A stretch of DNA of 64,000 bases, taken from an uncultured delta proteobacterium (lineage in GTDB: Bacteria > Desulfobacterota > Binatia > HRBIN30 > BPIQ01). The position numbers were made by a program, and so were the translations under genes. The stretch's first letter is position 1. Every line of letters starts with the position of its first letter. Under the pieces are notes generated by a model. It was not told where the DNA came from and searched no databases. It was given only the letters and a program-made list of their open reading frames with translations. The DNA is taken from the NCBI GenBank assembly GCA_963761335.1, contig CAVXGR010000012.1, positions 288,001 to 352,000 on the forward strand, read 5' to 3'. Shown piece by piece: positions 61,496 through 64,000 of the stretch.

Positions 61496-62203
61496 ATGAT
61501 CAGCGGACCGCAGCTCCGGCGCTCGGCCTCGCGGCTCGGCCTCGCCGCCACCACCGCTCTGTTTCTCGTCTGCCCGGCCGGCACCGCGGCGCAGAGTGTC
61601 TCGGAGTCGAGCATCGGCGGCGTGCAGACCGGTACGCGTTCGCTGAGCGAGAGCAGTCGTCCTGTCGGCGCCGGAAGCCTGACCGTCGGCGAGGGCAGCG
61701 CCGACTCCATGCACTCGGGTCCGGTGCGCGGCCGGCGGCGCCTCGGCATGCGCTCCGGACCCGTCAGTGAGATCACCGTCGGCTCGGTGCGCAGCGGCAG
61801 GACGATGGCCAGGGGCGAAACCATCGGAGAATCGTCGGCCGGCGCAGTGAAAAAGGACCTCGCCGAGGGAATTCGCGCGCCCACCGAGGAGTCTCTCACC
61901 GACCTGGAGGACTTGCAGCGCCGACTCCGCCAGCTCCAGCCTGGAGTCGCGCCGGCCGCGCCGCAGGCGGACGAGGCAGCCGAGCAGATGCGGCAACAGC
62001 CGCAGCTCGCCGCGCCCGCTCCTCCACCTGAGGAGGAGAATGCGGAAGCGGAGCCCGAAGACGCGGTGCCCGCGGAAGATCCGCTGAACGACGCTGCCCC
62101 GGACGAGGCTGTCGCAGCGGATCAAGTGTCGCCTCCGGCGGTCACTGCAGGACAGCCCGACACCGCCGGTGCCGCGCCCGAGAGGGAGACGCCGGCGGAG
62201 TGA
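61496..62203 (+). CDS. Hypothetical secreted protein with Ser/Gly repeats, coiled coil and acidic tail
   Basis: Signal ending AAA-Q; repeated (S/G)ES-S-x-G/SG-PV units; Glu/Ala/Pro-rich tail; extended -10 TG-C-TATGCT 7 nt before ATG 61496 (alternative start 61484). Confidence 0.65.
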   Translation: MISGPQLRRSASRLGLAATTALFLVCPAGTAAQSVSESSIGGVQTGTRSLSESSRPVGAGSLTVGEGSADSMHSGPVRGRRRLGMRSGPVSEITVGSVRSGRTMARGETIGESSAGAVKKDLAEGIRAPTEESLTDLEDLQRRLRQLQPGVAPAAPQADEAAEQMRQQPQLAAPAPPPEEENAEAEPEDAVPAEDPLNDAAPDEAVAADQVSPPAVTAGQPDTAGAAPERETPAE

Positions 62204-62967
62204 CCGCCACCTCGAAGAGCGGCCGGGCGGGCGGCGCGCCCAGCGCCGCGGCGGCACTGGCAGGCGAGGTCGCGCTGGTCACCGGAGCGGGGCGCGGCAT
62301 CGGCCGCGCCACGGCATTGCGTCTGGCCGCGGCCGGCGCCGCAGTGGCGGCGCTGGCGCGTACACGCGAGGAGGTCGACGACTGCGTCCGCCAGATCCGC
62401 CTCGGCGGCGGCCGCGGAGCGAGCCAGGTCGTCGACCTCGGCGATGATGGGCACCTGCAGGAGGTGGTCGCCGCCGTCGAGAGCGAGCTCGGACCCGTCT
62501 CGATCCTGGTGAACAACGCCGGCTGGGCGCCGCCGCGCACGCCCCTGGGGCACATGGCGCCCGATGACGTCCGCCGCATGCTCGACGTGAATCTGCGGGC
62601 TCCGCTGCTGCTGACCCGCATGCTCTTGCCCGGCCTGCAGCAGCGCCCCACTGCCTGGATCATCAACGTCTGCTCCGCATTCTCGGCGCGGCCATTCGCC
62701 GGCGAAGCCGTGTACGCCGCCACCAAGGCGGGTCTCCTCGCCTTCACCTACGCCCTGGCACGCGAGTGCGCCGGCACCGGCGTGCGCGTCGCGGCGCTCT
62801 GCCCCGCGCATGTCGACACGGCGCTGATTCCAGCCAACCGCCACATCGATCGCGGGGCGTTCCTCCAACCCGATGAGGTCGCCAGCGCCGCCCTCGCCTT
62901 CGTGCTCGGCGACATCGCAGACGGTGAGGTCGAGCTGCGCATCCCGGCGCTCGGGGCCCGACCGTGA
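62200..62967 (+). CDS. Short-chain dehydrogenase/reductase
   Basis: TGAGRGIG, LVNNAG, YAATK. Confidence 0.93.
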   Translation: MTATSKSGRAGGAPSAAAALAGEVALVTGAGRGIGRATALRLAAAGAAVAALARTREEVDDCVRQIRLGGGRGASQVVDLGDDGHLQEVVAAVESELGPVSILVNNAGWAPPRTPLGHMAPDDVRRMLDVNLRAPLLLTRMLLPGLQQRPTAWIINVCSAFSARPFAGEAVYAATKAGLLAFTYALARECAGTGVRVAALCPAHVDTALIPANRHIDRGAFLQPDEVASAALAFVLGDIADGEVELRIPALGARP

Positions 62968-63692
62968 AGCTCGCCAAGCGCATCGCCCTGGTCACCGGAG
63001 GGGCTCGCCGCCTCGGTCGCGACATCGCCCTGGGGCTGGCCCGCGCCGGTGCCGACGTCGCCATCAGTCATCACACCTCGGCCGAGGACGCGGCGCGAAC
63101 CGCCGACGAGATCCGCGCCCTCGGCCGCCGGGCCCTGGCGGTGGAATGCGACGTGCGCGAGGACGAGCAGGTGCGCAGCCTCGTCGAGCGAGCCACCCTC
63201 GAGCTCGGGCACGTCGACGTGCTGGTGGCGAGCGCCGGCATCTTCTTCCGCACCCCGATGGCCGAGCTCCAGGAAGCCGACTGGGACGCCCACATCGACA
63301 TCAACCTGAAGGGCGCCTTCCTCTGCGCCCACCACGTCGGCTTGCAGATGTCGCAGCGAGGCGGCTGCATGGTGCTCATCGCCGACGTCGCCGGGATGCG
63401 CCCCTGGCCCAACTATCTTCCCTACTCGGTCAGCAAGGCGGGAGTGATCGCCTTGACGCGAGGGCTCGCCGTACAGCTGGCGCCCCGGGTGCGCGTCAAT
63501 GCGGTGGCTCCCGGACCGGTTCTGCTTCCCGAGAACTACGGCGCCGAGGCCACCGAGAGAGCCATCGCCCGCACTCTCCTGCACCGCGTGGGAAGCCCCG
63601 CGGACGTCACCGACGCCGTCCTCTATCTCGCCAGCGCCGACTACGTGACCGGTGTCGTCCTCCCGGTCGACGGCGGCCGGCACCTGGGATGA
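62964..63692 (+). CDS. SDR, pteridine reductase/FolM-like
   Basis: TGGARRLG (Arg-type glycine motif), D..., YSVSK, APRVRVNAVAPG, VDGGRHL. Confidence 0.85.
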   Translation: MKLAKRIALVTGGARRLGRDIALGLARAGADVAISHHTSAEDAARTADEIRALGRRALAVECDVREDEQVRSLVERATLELGHVDVLVASAGIFFRTPMAELQEADWDAHIDINLKGAFLCAHHVGLQMSQRGGCMVLIADVAGMRPWPNYLPYSVSKAGVIALTRGLAVQLAPRVRVNAVAPGPVLLPENYGAEATERAIARTLLHRVGSPADVTDAVLYLASADYVTGVVLPVDGGRHLG

Positions 63693-64000
63693 GCCCCGCC
63701 GCGGCCGTGGTCCGAGACCTCGGAGCGAGCCCGCTCTGGCGGGAGATCTTCGGCAACGACGCTGCCGTCGAGATCGAGATCGGCCCCGAGCGCGGCATCT
63801 TTCTGCTGAAGGCCGCGGCGCTGCGGCCAGATCACAACTTCTTCGCCATCGAGCGCTCGGGCTCGCGGGTGGCACGGCTGGCGGCGTCGCTGCGAGAGAG
63901 ACGCGTCGCCAACGCGCGCGTCATCCACGCCGACGCCGCGTGCGTCGTGCACAGCTGCATTCCGGCCGGATCGGTGAGCGTCTACCACATCTATTTTCCC
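63689..64000 (+). CDS. trmB: tRNA (guanine-N7)-methyltransferase TrmB (partial, runs off window)
   Basis: Manual translation: WREIFGNDAAVEIEIGPERGIFL...PDHNFFAIE...NARVIHADA...VYHIYFP. Confidence 0.88.
   Translation, partial: MSPAAAVVRDLGASPLWREIFGNDAAVEIEIGPERGIFLLKAAALRPDHNFFAIERSGSRVARLAASLRERRVANARVIHADAACVVHSCIPAGSVSVYHIYFP

Overview
High-GC (roughly 70% by eye) bacterial chromosomal window of about 62 tightly packed CDSs. I found no rRNA, tRNA, CRISPR array or intact transposase. Pro/Thr-rich linkers, dockerin-like tails, C-x-GG...C-xx-DADC modules and GG-C/TM/basic C-terminal tails suggest a Ca. Binatota or deltaproteobacteria-like organism (inference only). Housekeeping genes: argJ, greA, rimP-nusA-ylxR-infB-DUF503-rbfA-truB, etfBA, rmuC, rnd, lgt, trmB and comF. 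Metabolism is dominated by acyl-CoA chemistry: a likely ethylmalonyl-CoA pathway cluster (mcd-like, CitE/Mcl-like lyase, ecm), a methylcrotonyl-CoA carboxylase with a split alpha subunit, four acyl-CoA dehydrogenases, a 3-hydroxyacyl-CoA dehydrogenase and a thiolase. There are many exported proteins: an FG-GAP protein, two PQQ-type beta-propeller lipoproteins with Cys-rich inserts, a hydrolase lipoprotein, CxxCH proteins and a pilin with a sigma54-type promoter. Most unusual items: (1) a free-standing intein-like Hint-fold gene with all splicing residues replaced, 9 bp upstream of an acyl-CoA dehydrogenase; (2) a stand-alone ALDH1L1-type formyl-THF hydrolase/formyltransferase paired with an N-formyl amidohydrolase; (3) an out-of-frame secreted c-type cytochrome inside the ethylmalonyl-CoA cluster; (4) three families of short palindromic intergenic repeats. 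All calls come from motif recognition by eye; no database searches were run.
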